Shown here: positions 13,483-25,753 of the stretch, in pieces
Layout: each line of letters opens with the position of its first letter
Position numbering within the stretch: the stretch's first letter is position 1
From: Utricularia gibba
Taxonomy: Eukaryota; Plantae; Magnoliophyta
NCBI GenBank assembly: GCA_002189035.1
Contig: NEEC01000004.1
Location: forward strand, 3,348,001-3,412,000
Direction: 5' to 3'
DNA length: 64,000 bases
Notes under the pieces: model-generated
Database searches by the model: none
Seen by the model: only the letters and a program-made list of their open reading frames with translations
What the model was told of the DNA's origin: nothing
Position numbers and translations under genes: made by a program

Positions 13483-14354
13483 GGTACCCTACACTGGACT
13501 TGATGATGAGGGCATCCTCAAAATTAAGTATGGGAGAGGAGTTTATGTTTATTTTTATTTTCTAGTATTTTCTGGACATTAACTTATGTGTTACACTGTG
13601 TTGAATTTTTTTTTCTGTTTTCGTGCTTCATGTTTTGATTTTCCTTTTTTTTTGTGAGAAAAAATCCCCACTATGCTCCTCAAGTATATTTGCTTCCATG
13701 AATAAGGCTAGAATTTTTAGGATTGATCATACTTAGGTTCATAAATTCTTTGCTGCAAGGAAAATACTTCAATTATTTTTCTTTCTAGATATCAAGCTTT
13801 TGTTGCATGATTTAAGAAAGAATATACCATGACTATGATTACATTTTCATTGCTTGTATATATTATGTTGTGAATAAATTTTTGCTGCCCCTGTAGTGAT
13901 CAGACCAAGGCGGAAAAAAATATATGAAAATAATTGGGAGAGAAAAAAAAGAAGAAAAAAAATATTAGGGGTGCCAAAGGTAAGGATGTTTGGGAGAGAA
14001 AAAAATTGTGTGGTAATCACCACACATGAGGTTTCGTAATCCAAATATTCTTCCCAAAGCGGGGATCTCTATCTGAAAAAAATAAGAGAGAGAAAAAGGT
14101 CTTGAATCAATATAGTGTATGTTCTTTACTGTTTTTATCTTAATAATGATAGTGTATAAGTAGTCATTAATTAAGTCTTATTCTGATTCATGCGAACTTG
14201 AGTGACTTGCCTTAATTTGATTGAAGGACAGGAAAAGAATTGAAGTAAACGCCTGCTGTAGGAACAATGTGCCTTAGTAATGCATCACGACTTATGTTCT
14301 GCCCTTTTTCGTGGACTGCTATGATTTTCATACTTGAGGACAAGCATGATTTTA

Positions 14355-14367
14355 GTGTGGGGGAATA
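14355..14367 (+). other. Polypurine tract of element A
   Basis: GTGTGGGGGAATA immediately before the TG of the 3' LTR, preceded by CTTGAGGACAAG. Confidence 0.8.
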
Positions 14368-15644
14368 TGTTAAGTGTCATTTTCTAGTTACTTATTAAGT
14401 ATTATTATGTATTAATCTAGTGTTAAGTTGCCCAATTGAAGATTCATATTGATAAATATTGTATTTCCTTAGAAAAATCATATTTTATTATTTTCTATAT
14501 ATTTTCTCTCTTTTTCATGCTCTTTGACCCGAGACATGTCAGGAGACTATCGCGGAGTGTTGCAGAAGAATTGCAGGAGTCAGACTCTGACTTTTCGTGC
14601 CTTGTACGCGACTTGGAACAATTATGGGTGGAAGATTGACACTGGTCAAGCCCCCTCACTTACGGTATGTCAGAGTTTACAACAATGATTAGGCGCTAAC
14701 TTGCATGCAAAGGAAAGCTGCTGGCGCATGCAAGATAGAAGGAATGATGGGAAAGGGACTCAAAGAAGTTAATGCACGTGGGGAGTGATATAAAAGCCAT
14801 TTGGAGCACTTAGTTTCGAACTTTTGAACCTTTATTTCAGTACTTAGAACTTTTGCGTTCTTTCTCCCCTCAAGGAGGAAGAACACTTGGTTTTCAATTT
14901 CATTTATGTTTTTCATGATCCTTTTGGACTAAAACCCTTTAGTTTATGGGAGAAGATGAAGTTTCTTTCTAAGTCTTGAGCACTACACTCGGTTCTTCGC
15001 TGAATTCAATTCGGATTTCGCATATTCCACGCATCTTGGTTCCGTGTTTCTGTAACGACTCCTAGTCAAGGTCCATGATTAGTAGGCCACTCTTCGCGGA
15101 TTTTGGTGTAGATCAAGGTGAAGAGCACCAACTCCAACTCTACCGGTTCGAGGGAAGTAGCAGATTGTTTGTGACCTAGGTACCACGACAGTGGATAGGT
15201 TGTGACCTCGGAGCTGCCACTGGCCATTGGCAACAACTTGGCACACGCACGCAATTCGGTTTTGAAGGCAATCCTTTTGTCTTCCTAATCGTCCAAGGGG
15301 GAATCACATGAGGATATTCCTGTGCATCCTTGTCAATCAGAGTGTAAGGGAAAGTAGGCTATTCCTTGCTCCTATAACCAGCTATTCAGAAGAAATCAGT
15401 GAAAACCAAGGTAAGGATGGACAAAAGAAGGAGATGAAATCTCATTCCCAAAAACTGTATCCCATAGTCAAGACCCATCACTTAGATTGTGTCTTTCATT
15501 TCTGCATTTCACAAACCCCCCTTTTACAAAACCATTTTGTAGAAGTTCTTTACAAAACACTTTTCACGAAAAACAACTCCCTGAGATCGATACTCGTACT
15601 CGCTTTTTGGTGCTTAAAATTTGTTGAGGAAACGACACACAACA
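14368..15644 (+). repeat. 3' LTR of element A (1277 bp)
   Basis: Starts TGTTAAGTGTCAT like 4816, ends AACA, followed by TSD GTATT. Confidence 0.9.
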
Positions 15645-15801
15645 GTATTCATATACATGCCAGAACAATATTATTATAATATAAAATTTTATTAAATATT
15701 AATTATTTAAAATTAATTTTAAAAAAATTGATTCAAACCAAATTAAATACACGGCCAATTGGCCATTTGAATGCATTCAAATAAAGACTATGCTAACCCA
15801 C

Positions 15802-17412
15802 TGATAAACAAAAAATTTGTGCAATTCGTTAATTTACAAATTTCTCCTATCAAATAAAATTTATAAATCTAATTTACATCAAATCATATGAAAAATATGA
15901 CCATAGTAGACTAGGCTCGAACACAAGGAGATAGATGCTTGCTATGTGAAGGTCAATACAGTGAATAAGTGTCACGTTGATGAATTTGGTCTTAACTAAG
16001 ACTAAGGCAAAGTTGCGATAAAATGCAGTAAAGAAAAATAACAAGTTTATGAACTCGGTTGTTTCTGGAATGAAATGGGTGATGCCTTGGGATTTCTAGT
16101 AGATGTATGCTTATCACTAAACAAGCTCACACAAACCATAAATCAAACAACTAACACACAAGATCTAGGTCTACCCGGATTCTTGTTTTCCCTCTAATCT
16201 TTGTCTACCTCTAATTAGGGTTGTTAAGCTGGGTTTCACTTCTTCCCCTTCTTGGATCTATCCTGATTTGTTAAGGAAGTGGTGTGACTTATGGTTGATT
16301 AGGTCTAAAGATTGACTAGCACAAATTTCCCCTTTTCACCCCAAGGCACCTCCTAAGTGATTAGCCACTCATGACAAGGGAAAGGAAAATGTTTTCATAG
16401 TATATCCTAAGCAACATTCTGGTTTCAAAATGAAACAACAACAAGCAATGCATAACAGAAATAGAAAAGACAAATTGTTCATGCAATAAATCTAAAACTA
16501 GTTTTAGCTAGAAACAGTATGCATCAAGAACGAAAAATTAATCTTCAAAGAGAAGTTGTGTTCTTCAAGAACGAAAAATAAATCGTCATTCCCTTCCTTC
16601 TTCTACCCCCAGAAACCTTCTCCAGAAAGTTGTTCGTGAGTCTCTAATGGAATATCTGCTTTCTCTCTCTATCTTTTCCCTCTTTTTGTCCAAAATCTCC
16701 CTTTCTTCTTCTTCTTACCTCCAATGAGCAAAAATAGTATGTGCTTACCTCCAATGAATGCTGATTGTCACTACTGCGTTTTCTTCTTCTCCTTTTTTTT
16801 TCATTCTCTTTCTTTTTTTTTTCTTTCTACAGAGATCGAGACCATTGAGAATTTAGAGTTCAACTCAGGTAATTGTTGCTTTCCCTCTTTGTATGTGAGT
16901 GTGGGCAATTCACTCTCCTCCTTATTCCTCAAGGGGTCCATTCTACTCCTCTGAGTTGTTCTCATAACCTCCCTGTGCTCTTTGCTTTGCCGTCTACATA
17001 CGCTCTTTTGTTGTGTGTTGCTTTTCAAGACATGTGTCTCATTGCTTTTTTGATGATGATGTTTTTCTGACCCTTTTGTTTTTGCTATCTGCAAATTTCG
17101 TGACAACCAATCTTCCATGAAGGATCAACACATGCCACTTTGGTTAAAAAAAATCTTGAATGCACCAATCCGATTACATTGAACATGTTGCTACCTCATG
17201 GAAATAATCAAGGGAAAACATGCTCATGGTTCATAAATGGCCATAACAAAATTCATGCATTCTGTGCATCATGAAAACATCCCGCATTTGTAAGAAAATT
17301 CCTCAACCATTCACAAAAATCTCCTGATGATAACATTGCACTACTAAATTACTCTTAACTTAGACTAACGCCATAAAAATAAAAATAAAAATACAGCAAT
17401 GCAGCGATGTTC
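15802..17412 (-). mobile_element. Truncated 3' end of a family B element (3' non-coding region plus partial LTR)
   Basis: 15802-~16700 matches the B LTR in reverse (TGATAAACAAAAAATTT at 15802). ~16720-17412 is the reverse complement of ~29550-30210. The PPT and LTR start are deleted at the junction. Confidence 0.85.
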
Positions 17413-17539
17413 GTTGATATTTATGAATATTTACCACCTTGCCTGTGGCATTTTGCTTATTCTTGCATATAGAGTCAACTAATTTTGTTGCATGATTTAG
17501 TTGATATTTAAGATAGGGAGTGAAAAGGGGTGGCAACAT

Positions 17540-17935
17540 CTCTTGGCTCTGTTTCTACTAAATTTTTTTGGTCTTGAATGATCTCAAACCCAAGATGTAT
17601 TTAGTCACCTCAAATCTTTCTACTAATTTTATTTTCCATTCAGATATCATATTTTCATTGTTTCTATTATACTTCTTCTAGCCTAACTATCTAGAATGTA
17701 CAGAGTACTATTATTCTTGTTTCTTGTATATCCCAATTACAAGAAATATGCATCTACTGTATTATACCATTCTTTTGGAGCTTATATCAATCCAGAAAGT
17801 GCTTTTTGTAGTTTTAATTCCTTTTTGAGGCCATTTTTAAGAGTAAATCCAAGAGGACATTGCACATATATGTCTTCATTTAGTTTCCCATTTAGAAATA
17901 CACACTTGATGTCTAGATGGTGCAAATTTCACCAA
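17540..17935 (-). pseudogene. Ty1/copia reverse transcriptase fragment
   Basis: Minus strand reads LHHLDIKCVFLNGKLNEDIYVQCPLGF...KLQKALSGLI*APKEWY, then KDL...KYILGL, matching the copia RT signature LDVKxAFLNG...YGLKQAPRxW. Confidence 0.85.
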
Positions 17936-18552
17936 TGATTAGGAAAACAAAAATGCGGATTAGGAAAACAAAAAAAATTAAGAAATAATATGAATAGATT
18001 TAGGTTATTTTAAATTATGATATTACAAAAATGCGGATTAAAATTAATGGAGTAAACCATACCTACTTGATTTAAGTAATTGCATCAATAGATAACTTTT
18101 ATTAGAATTTAAAATGTAATATATATATGTTATTATGTATTCTATTAGCACACTATAAGTATATGATTTCATGTTTGAGTCAATGTTTTCACACGAATAT
18201 GATTTATATGTTTTAGTAATACTAGAATTGTTTTTATGTGCAATGATCCTTCTCAATTAATTCATGAGATCCCCTTGATTTAATTATAGAAAAATCATGT
18301 TCATTGACGTGAACAACATATTATAAATATGAATGACTTTTGCATCAAAATTTAAAAATTGAAAATCACTTCTCATTTTTTTAGAAGCTAGAAAACCAGA
18401 AGCAATTCTAAAGAAATAATACAAAACACAGCCCAAGTCATATATATAGAGACTAGTTCATGTGAGATTACTTAGTTCTAGATAGATCTTACATACTCTT
18501 ATGCCATATGGGTGTGAGAGTTGTTGTGCATGAGTATCCCAAATAACCTTTA

Positions 18553-18808
18553 GACCTTGTTTGATATGAAGGTATAAAATTGATTTATAATGGATTTAAT
18601 AAAATTATTTTATTTGATATTTAGGTATAATTATGCCAATTATATGGGTATAATGATAATTATAATTTATACCCATATATTACTCTCATACATGGAATGT
18701 ATACTCAGGGGGAGGGGTGTGCATATTTTTATACCTACACATTTTAGGTTATCTTAACCTAAATAATTTAAACTCATCAATATCTAAATATACCAATGAA
18801 ACAAAGTC
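18553..18808. mobile_element. Possible Tourist/PIF-Harbinger-type MITE
   Basis: Imperfect TIRs GACCTTGTTTG and GAAACAAAGTC, flanked by TTA and TTG; AT-rich non-coding interior. Confidence 0.4.
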
Positions 18809-20412
18809 TTGTGAAAAAGATTGTGGGTGTAACAGCCTTCTTGTTGATGTAGAGGAGAAGCCATAAACAAGATCATCTATCTATGATTTAGAGTTCTTTC
18901 TGATGAGAAAGCATAAGCAAGCTTGTTTAGCCTGTATCGAAGATGGATATTGCTTATAAAATTACATACAAACACATGTTTATAACATGTTACTTCACAA
19001 ACAAACTCTTGGTCCTTTATGGCTTTAATTTTTTGAAATGATATTATTATCAAACTGTTAATAAGATAATTGTTATACATTCCACTACATAATTTACTTT
19101 TTAAACATTCAAAGAAAAAAGTGCATATTTGTCACAAGTCATAAATGTGACAAGTACATAAAGAAATATATCAATGGATTGGATAAATAAATAGTATGTC
19201 TGCTTAGTTGGGGTTCATATATCTTCTAAAGAGCCCACACTCCAACTGTCAAAACAAAAACAAAAAAAATTAGGAGTGGAAGCATTCCAAGGCAAAAACT
19301 TCAAGGATTTGAAGATGCAAAATACTTCAAATCCTGAAAATGATTAATTTTTAGATGCATCCAACTGACATAAAAACCAATGAATTGGTTTTCAGATGAA
19401 ATTAGACTAAGGAAATGGTCACTAAAGAAGTATTCCCCAAAGCTTCAAACACAAATTCACATTTCAATGCATTCCTCTTCTATTTTTCTCATTCAGGAGA
19501 CCATAAGTAGTGGCAAATAGTGATGGAGTTCTAGACCCAAAACGATCATCCCAAAAAATTAAAGATTTTTTTTATATTTTGCATACAAATCAGAAGTTAA
19601 TTCCACAAGGTTGAGGGAGCTTATACTAATCAATACAAAGATCTGCCCCATGTCCCATATGCCATGAATTGGGGGAAATGGGCCAAACACCCCAATTTTT
19701 ATATTCCATCTATAATTTACCTTGATTTTATAAACATTTTACAAATTATAAAAAAAATGATTTCTTCTTTGAATTATGCTTTCAATTTATGATTTTTTTT
19801 TCATATTTGTAATTTTAGCAAAATTGTTAGATGTATTTTTTAATACATATATTGTTACAAATATATTAAAATTTAAACTCTAAGATTTCAATTTTAATAT
19901 AATTTAATATTTGAGATTTAGTTTTTTTTATTTCAAATTTAAGTGTTCAGAGTTTTGAATTTGAAATTTATGTTTATGCTTTAATATTTAAGAGTTTACG
20001 GTTTTAAATTTAAATTTTAGAATTTAGTAATTTAAAGTTTAAAACTTAGAGTTTTGTATATATAATTTTTATTTAGTATTTTAGATTAGAATTAAAGATA
20101 TGGGGTTGGTGATTAGATTATTTTGAATTTATGATTTAATACTTAAAACTCAAAAGTAAAATTCATGGTGTATGTTGGTGGGGTTCTTTTGGGATTTAGA
20201 TTTATAATATAAGGTTTTATGTTAATTTTTATATATTTCTTTTTTGTACTAGTTATTGTATAAATTAAAATTTAACTTAAGGTGTTTTGTAAATGATATT
20301 TAAGCATGGGATATTTTGCAAACAAAAATTAAAAATAGAGTATTTGACAAAGAAATAATATGAACAAAGAAGGCATTAAATTGGGTGAACCAAGATCCAT
20401 CATACTTCGCTC

Positions 20413-22460
20413 CTATGTTTTCAACCTGGAATTTTTTGGTCACGTGGAAATCTTCTGGGCCCAGGTCAACCCGATCAAACTCGATCAAACACAATATGCT
20501 CAGTGCAAGCAATCATGAGCCAACTTGTACATGTTTAACTAGAATAATTCTTAAATGCCTCATGGTTTTCTACTTTCAAAAATAATAATAAAGAGTCAAA
20601 ATATTTCGTATAAATCACAATAACAACAAATTATCAATCACAACTATAAATACATTTGTCATTGAAATCACACTTGTCAGCTTCCACAAGTGTTATGTTC
20701 TACATATTTTTAGATATCAATTCAATAATGTTAAAATTCAAATCTTCCCCCACTTCAACACTTTCCGCATTCAGCAAACTTATATGATGAAGAAATTCAA
20801 CTATTAGCATTTTAAGAATTTAATTATAAAATATGTAAACAAACATCCATCTTCATGTTCAAGACTTGTTTTCTCTACCACTAAAGTTTCTATTTCTTCA
20901 TAAATTGTCTTTTCAATATCTTCAACATCCAAAAATGAATCTTCCTCATTTTCCAAAACCCATGTATAAATTTCTGCAATTTATCATTGTCAATGGGGTT
21001 CATAATGCTCTTGTGCAACAATCCACCTACATATTTTTAACATTATAAGAAATTTAGAAATTAAACATTGAAGAAAGTAAAAAAAATACATTATCTCTCT
21101 TGCAATTTTTTATAATAATTTGCATATACCAGATCATCTAGTCTTTGATATTTGAATCTATTACATTTCATGGTGTGTATTTGATCAAAAACTTTCTAGT
21201 TTCTTTCATATCTGAAATAAGAGCTTGTTTGCCCAAGCATCTTGATTGCAAACTCTCTTAGCAATAGGACACTTGAACCAAAGTATCTCCACCATTTGTC
21301 TTAAAAACAAAATGTGTTAGCAATCTATAGTTTTTAAAATTAATAGTAATGGTAAAAATGCAACAAACATACTTGGTTGTATTTTATTATTTCTGGTTGA
21401 TGCTATAGTCATTTCCCTACTGAATTTTTTCATTTCATCACAAATAGATCCATCTTTTTCAAATATTGCTCATGTTCTCTAGTTCCTTTTGCACAAACCA
21501 TATCTAAAACATCATGTATCACTTTGTCAATCTTAGATGCATACTCTAGATTATATTGGAAATAAGGATTCAATCAAAACACTGCAGCATGAAGACTTTT
21601 TCTGAATAATTAGACCATCGGTTCTCAATTAGTGAAGGGTGCATACAATCATTTATTGTCTTGAAAAATGATCTTGATCACCTTTATAACATTTAGCATT
21701 CTTTCATGCAAAAATCCAATTGTTGGCCTTTTATTTTTATCCGCCATCTTCAAAAATTTCATCAAAGGCTCTAGTATCTTGACCACAATCAAACAATCAT
21801 TTCATATTCCACTATCTATCACAATGTTAATAAATTATTGGTCTTTCTTGTATTTTCCTATAATTGAACTAAATTCTCAATGTAAAGCTAAGGATTGAAG
21901 ATCTTCCTTACACTAAAGAAAGCTATGAAGTGTAATAAAATTTGTTGTAAATATTATTTCAGCTGGCCGAATAATTTCTCTCCATCCTTCCCTTTTTCTT
22001 AACCATGCATGCCAATGTTCATGTTTATACACAAATCTCAATGTTTTAGTAGCTCTATGGACAAGTTTTTGAATGCATGGCAACTTTCCAATATCTTTAA
22101 ACATCAAATCAACATAATGTGCAACACACAGAGACCAATTTATAAACAGAAAATAATCTTTAATGAGTACTCCTGCAACTTTGTAATTAGAAGCATTATG
22201 AGCAATAATATGCACAACATTTTTAAATAAGTGAAACAATGTTCCAAAAATTTTAACTTAATCAGAAGCATTCATTGACTTACAAAAGATCATCCCATTC
22301 AAACTATCAAAGATTGATGGATGGTTTCTATCCAACCCTCAACCATTATACTACAACCGCCTCCTTCCACGACCTTCAAATACTATCAATCCAAATCTCT
22401 AACACTTGTTTCACTTTTCTCAATAAATTCATACGTAGCTTTGATACAACTATCAATCCA
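20413..22460 (-). mobile_element. hAT transposon relic (DUF659-type transposase pseudogene)
   Basis: Minus strand gives NVVHIIAHNASNYKVAG...WSLCVAHYVDLMFKDIGK...IIRPAEIIFTTNFITL, and near 21150 QIHTMKCNRFKYQRLDDLVY (dimerisation domain). The left boundary (candidate TIR CTATGTTTTCAA at 20413) is tentative. Confidence 0.8.
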
Positions 22461-22465
22461 AATCT

Positions 22466-23995
22466 ACATCAAGGAATAACATTGACTGAGGTGCCAAGAT
22501 CACACATAGTTACATAAATCTTTGTCTTTCCAATGATAACAGAAATTGAAAACATACCAAAATCCATATACTTACGTGGTATTCTCCTTTGAATAATGGA
22601 TGAAATATTTTTAATGAAATGAATCACTTCTTGCTCTACCTCTGCTTTCTTCTTGAGAACCTATTAAATCATATCAAGAAGAAAAATAAGAACATTTACT
22701 TTCTTTATCATTTTCATAAAATTTTTTAGTCATTTCTTGTCTTTGTTCTTTCTTTGAATCCTCATTAGGAAGGATGGTGGTATGACCAATGGCTTGGTAT
22801 GAGGAGCTTCATTTACATCCTTCTCCTTGACATCTTTAGGTGGCTTCGGAACATTATTGCTCTACATTGATGAGCCATCTGGATTCTCACAAATGATCTC
22901 CTCGTTGACATCTAAATCACTGTCTACAACTTTCAACTCTTTTTTTTCTTGACCTATCCACCTTGTTTGTGAACCATGAATAAGAGTTTGGTAGGTCTAG
23001 TCCACTTCTCAATGAGATGGCCTTGATATCCTTTGGATTCTACGTTGGTTGTGATGGCAATTCTCCTTCATCTCTAGACGGTTCATAACTTGTGCTAGCT
23101 GAGTAATCTGACCTTGAATACTTGTAATTTGACCTTTCATATCATTCTGCTTAGCATGCATCTTGGAGGTGCTTTCAACGAGAGATTTCACCATGGCCTC
23201 CAAACTATTGTTCGGTTGGTATAGAACCATGTGCTGCTCTGGAGGTCCAATTATCTGCAGCACATGGTTCCCTAATGATGGTACTTGATCAAGAGATATT
23301 AGTTGTACGTCTTTCCTTGGTTTTGATAAAATGCATTGACTTCACTCATCGGCATTTCATGAATTCTCAGTCATTGATCAATGAGATGAAGTTGAACTTG
23401 AGGCTCCTTGATATCCTTCCTTTTGTTGAAATAAGGCTTGAAACCCAAGTAGCGCATAATAAATCAAGAATTTTTGAACCATCTGCTCCCATATGGCAAT
23501 AGAAGACAGTGGAAGTCCATAAAGTCACTCCAAAGCTCGTTCGGTAAGGTTGAAGAGAAAGACTCGTAGCTTGACTTGATTCTCCATTGCTCTCTTGGGG
23601 CGGATGGATGCGCAAGCTGTGTGCAACTCACATAGGTGATAGTTAGGGTCGTTATTTTCCCTTCCAATAAATTTTGGAAGCATCTTGAATAGGTACAGTT
23701 AGAATAATTTGTAATGATTTCTTCCTTAATGATCCATAATGTTGGTCCACGGTTAATGAGAGGCAACATTAGAAAGTTCCCTTGGTGCTATTCTCCTTGA
23801 GTCTAAGGCAATATGAGTACTTCAACAGGTGCATACATCTGACTACATAATGTTATTCTCCTGATATCTCAAGTGATTGAACAGAACGTCTGCTCCCTAT
23901 TTTTAGCAATAAAAGTTCATTCGACCTCTTGATCCAAAAGATATAGAATTTTTCAGTAAGATCTTAAACTTGAACGACCCCTCGGTAGATCTGAC
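22466..23995 (-). pseudogene. gag-protease fragment of a second element-A-family copy
   Basis: Translates to LPLINRGPTLWIIKEEII, NNSLEAMVKSLVESTSKMH and KNISSIIQRRIPRK...MCDLGTSVNVIP, collinear with element A 5.4-7.5 kb. Confidence 0.85.
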
Positions 23996-24330
23996 TACAT
24001 AAAAAAAGAATACTTTCGTAGTACTCCATGACAATTACACAAACATAAAGTTACATGCATGATACATAATTGCATAGCAATCGATGCTTAAAAAAGGCAA
24101 CATCAACAATTTCTTTTTTCCTGTTGCCCCATTACAATGTGGAAACTATGTAGCCAATGCAAGTAAATTACATACAATTAAAAAATAATTATATCTAGTA
24201 AATCTAGAGGTCAAATAAAAATTAACATATCTAAATGATAAACATGTTAATTAGATACTTGAAAATTCAGCATCCCTCGAGATACATGAAAAATACATCA
24301 AATCATTAAAAAACTTACAAACAAGCATAC

Positions 24331-25504
24331 CAATAACATATATTTTTGAGTGATGGAGTGCATGGAAATTACTCATATTGTGGTACAAAAATCAGATTTT
24401 ATTGCCCAGTTCTATATTTTTACGCAAAGTACCTTAGTCATGTTATTTTAATTTTAGTTGGGACTAAATCTACGATTTAGTTCCAACCTTCTAATAGTTT
24501 TATTCGAGTAATGCAGTGCAGGTCGCAACACAAATCCCAAGGAGCTGAATATGAACAGTGTGATGGCAGAGGATGAGACAGAAGTCTGAAAAGGAATACA
24601 CAAAAAATCCAGGAACGAGGAAAAAGGGGGATTTTGGACAAAAGGAGGAAAAGTTGGAGAGAGAGCAGATCTCTCCTTGGAGACTCACGAACGACTTTTT
24701 GGAGGAGGTTTCTGGGGTAGAAGAAGAAAGGGAAAGATGAATCAGAAGTACACAACTTCTCTTTGAAGATTTATTTTTCGTTCTTGATGCATACTGTTCC
24801 TAGCAAAGACTAGTTTTAGATTCATTGCGTGAACAAGTTGTCTTTTCTATTTCTGTTATGCATTGCTAGTTGTTATTTAACTTTGAAACCAGAATGTTGT
24901 TTAGGATATGCTATGAAAATGTTTCCCTTTCCCTTGTCATGAGTAGCTAAGTACTTAGGCCCGCCTTAGGGTGAAAGGGGGAGAAATATGCTAATCAATC
25001 TTTAGACCTAATCAGTCATAAGTCACGTTACTTCCTTAACAAACCAGGATAGATCCAAGAGGGGGAAATAGTGAAACCCAACTTAACAACCCTAATTAGA
25101 AGTAGACCAAAGATTAGGGGGAAAACAAGAATCTGGGTACACCTATATCTTGTGTGTTAGTTGTATGATTTATGGTTTTTGTGAGCTTATTTAGTGATAG
25201 GCATATATCCCCTAGGAGTCCCAAGGCATTACCCATTTCATTCCAGAAACAACTGAGCTCCAAAAACTTATTACTTTTCTTTACGGTATTCCATGTAGTT
25301 CTGCCTTAGTCCTAGTTAAGACCAATTTTACCAATGTGACACTGATTTCATGCATTGACTTTCACATAGTATGCACCTGCTCTTTGTGTTCGACCATAAT
25401 CACTATGCTCATAATTGTTTTATGCTGGAATGTGTATTAGGTTATAAATTTATTTGATAGGAGAACTTTGCATTTAACGACATTGCAAAATTTTTCGTTA
25501 ATCA
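24331..25504 (+). repeat. 5' LTR of element B
   Basis: CAATAACATATATTTTTGAG (decayed TGATAACACA) ... TTTTTCGTTAATCA; aligns with 30414-31514. Confidence 0.9.
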
Positions 25505-25507
25505 AAT

Positions 25508-25521
25508 TGGCGCCGTTGCCG
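25508..25521 (+). other. Primer binding site of element B (Athila type, tRNA-Asp-like)
   Basis: TGGCGCCGTTGCCG three bases after the LTR end. The tRNA-Asp assignment comes from general knowledge of Athila PBSs. Confidence 0.8.
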
Positions 25522-25753
25522 TGGAGCGGTGCTTAATTGTTGTGTGTTTCTGTTGATGCGTTCATGTTCTTCTTGTGTAGGTGATTTCAATTTCAACCTA
25601 GAAATTGAAAAGGCTGCTAAGAGTAACCGCAATAGAGTGAGGGAAGTAGCAAGGTTGAGAAGACTCCCTGCTATAAATTAAGTTAATTTCATCATGGCAG
25701 AATAGGAGAAGACCCTGAATGAGCTTGATGCAGCTGACCATACGTACAGGGGG

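Larger units (their letters stand above)
4816..15644 (+). mobile_element. Athila-type Ty3/gypsy LTR retrotransposon, element A (defective)
   Basis: TG...CA termini (TGTTAAGT at 4816, CACAACA ending 15644) with 5-bp TSD GTATT (4811-4815, 15645-15649). Internal order is gag-PR-RT-RH-INT followed by an env-like ORF; PPT before the 3' LTR. Confidence 0.93.

Noticed and set aside
16801-17118. ORF MEDWLSRNLQIAK... shared with 29852-30109
   Set aside because: Both are copies of the same element 3' region; the frames diverge after about 40 codons, so there is no evidence of coding constraint.
19268-19340. Peptide SGSIPRQKLQGFEDAKY resembling an LRR receptor-like protein C-terminal cap
   Set aside because: Too short, followed by stops, and no LRR repeats nearby.
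19870-20260. T-rich strand-biased tract with TTTAG(A/G)-like words (telomere-like)
   Set aside because: No run of intact TTTAGGG units; best treated as low-complexity TE interior.
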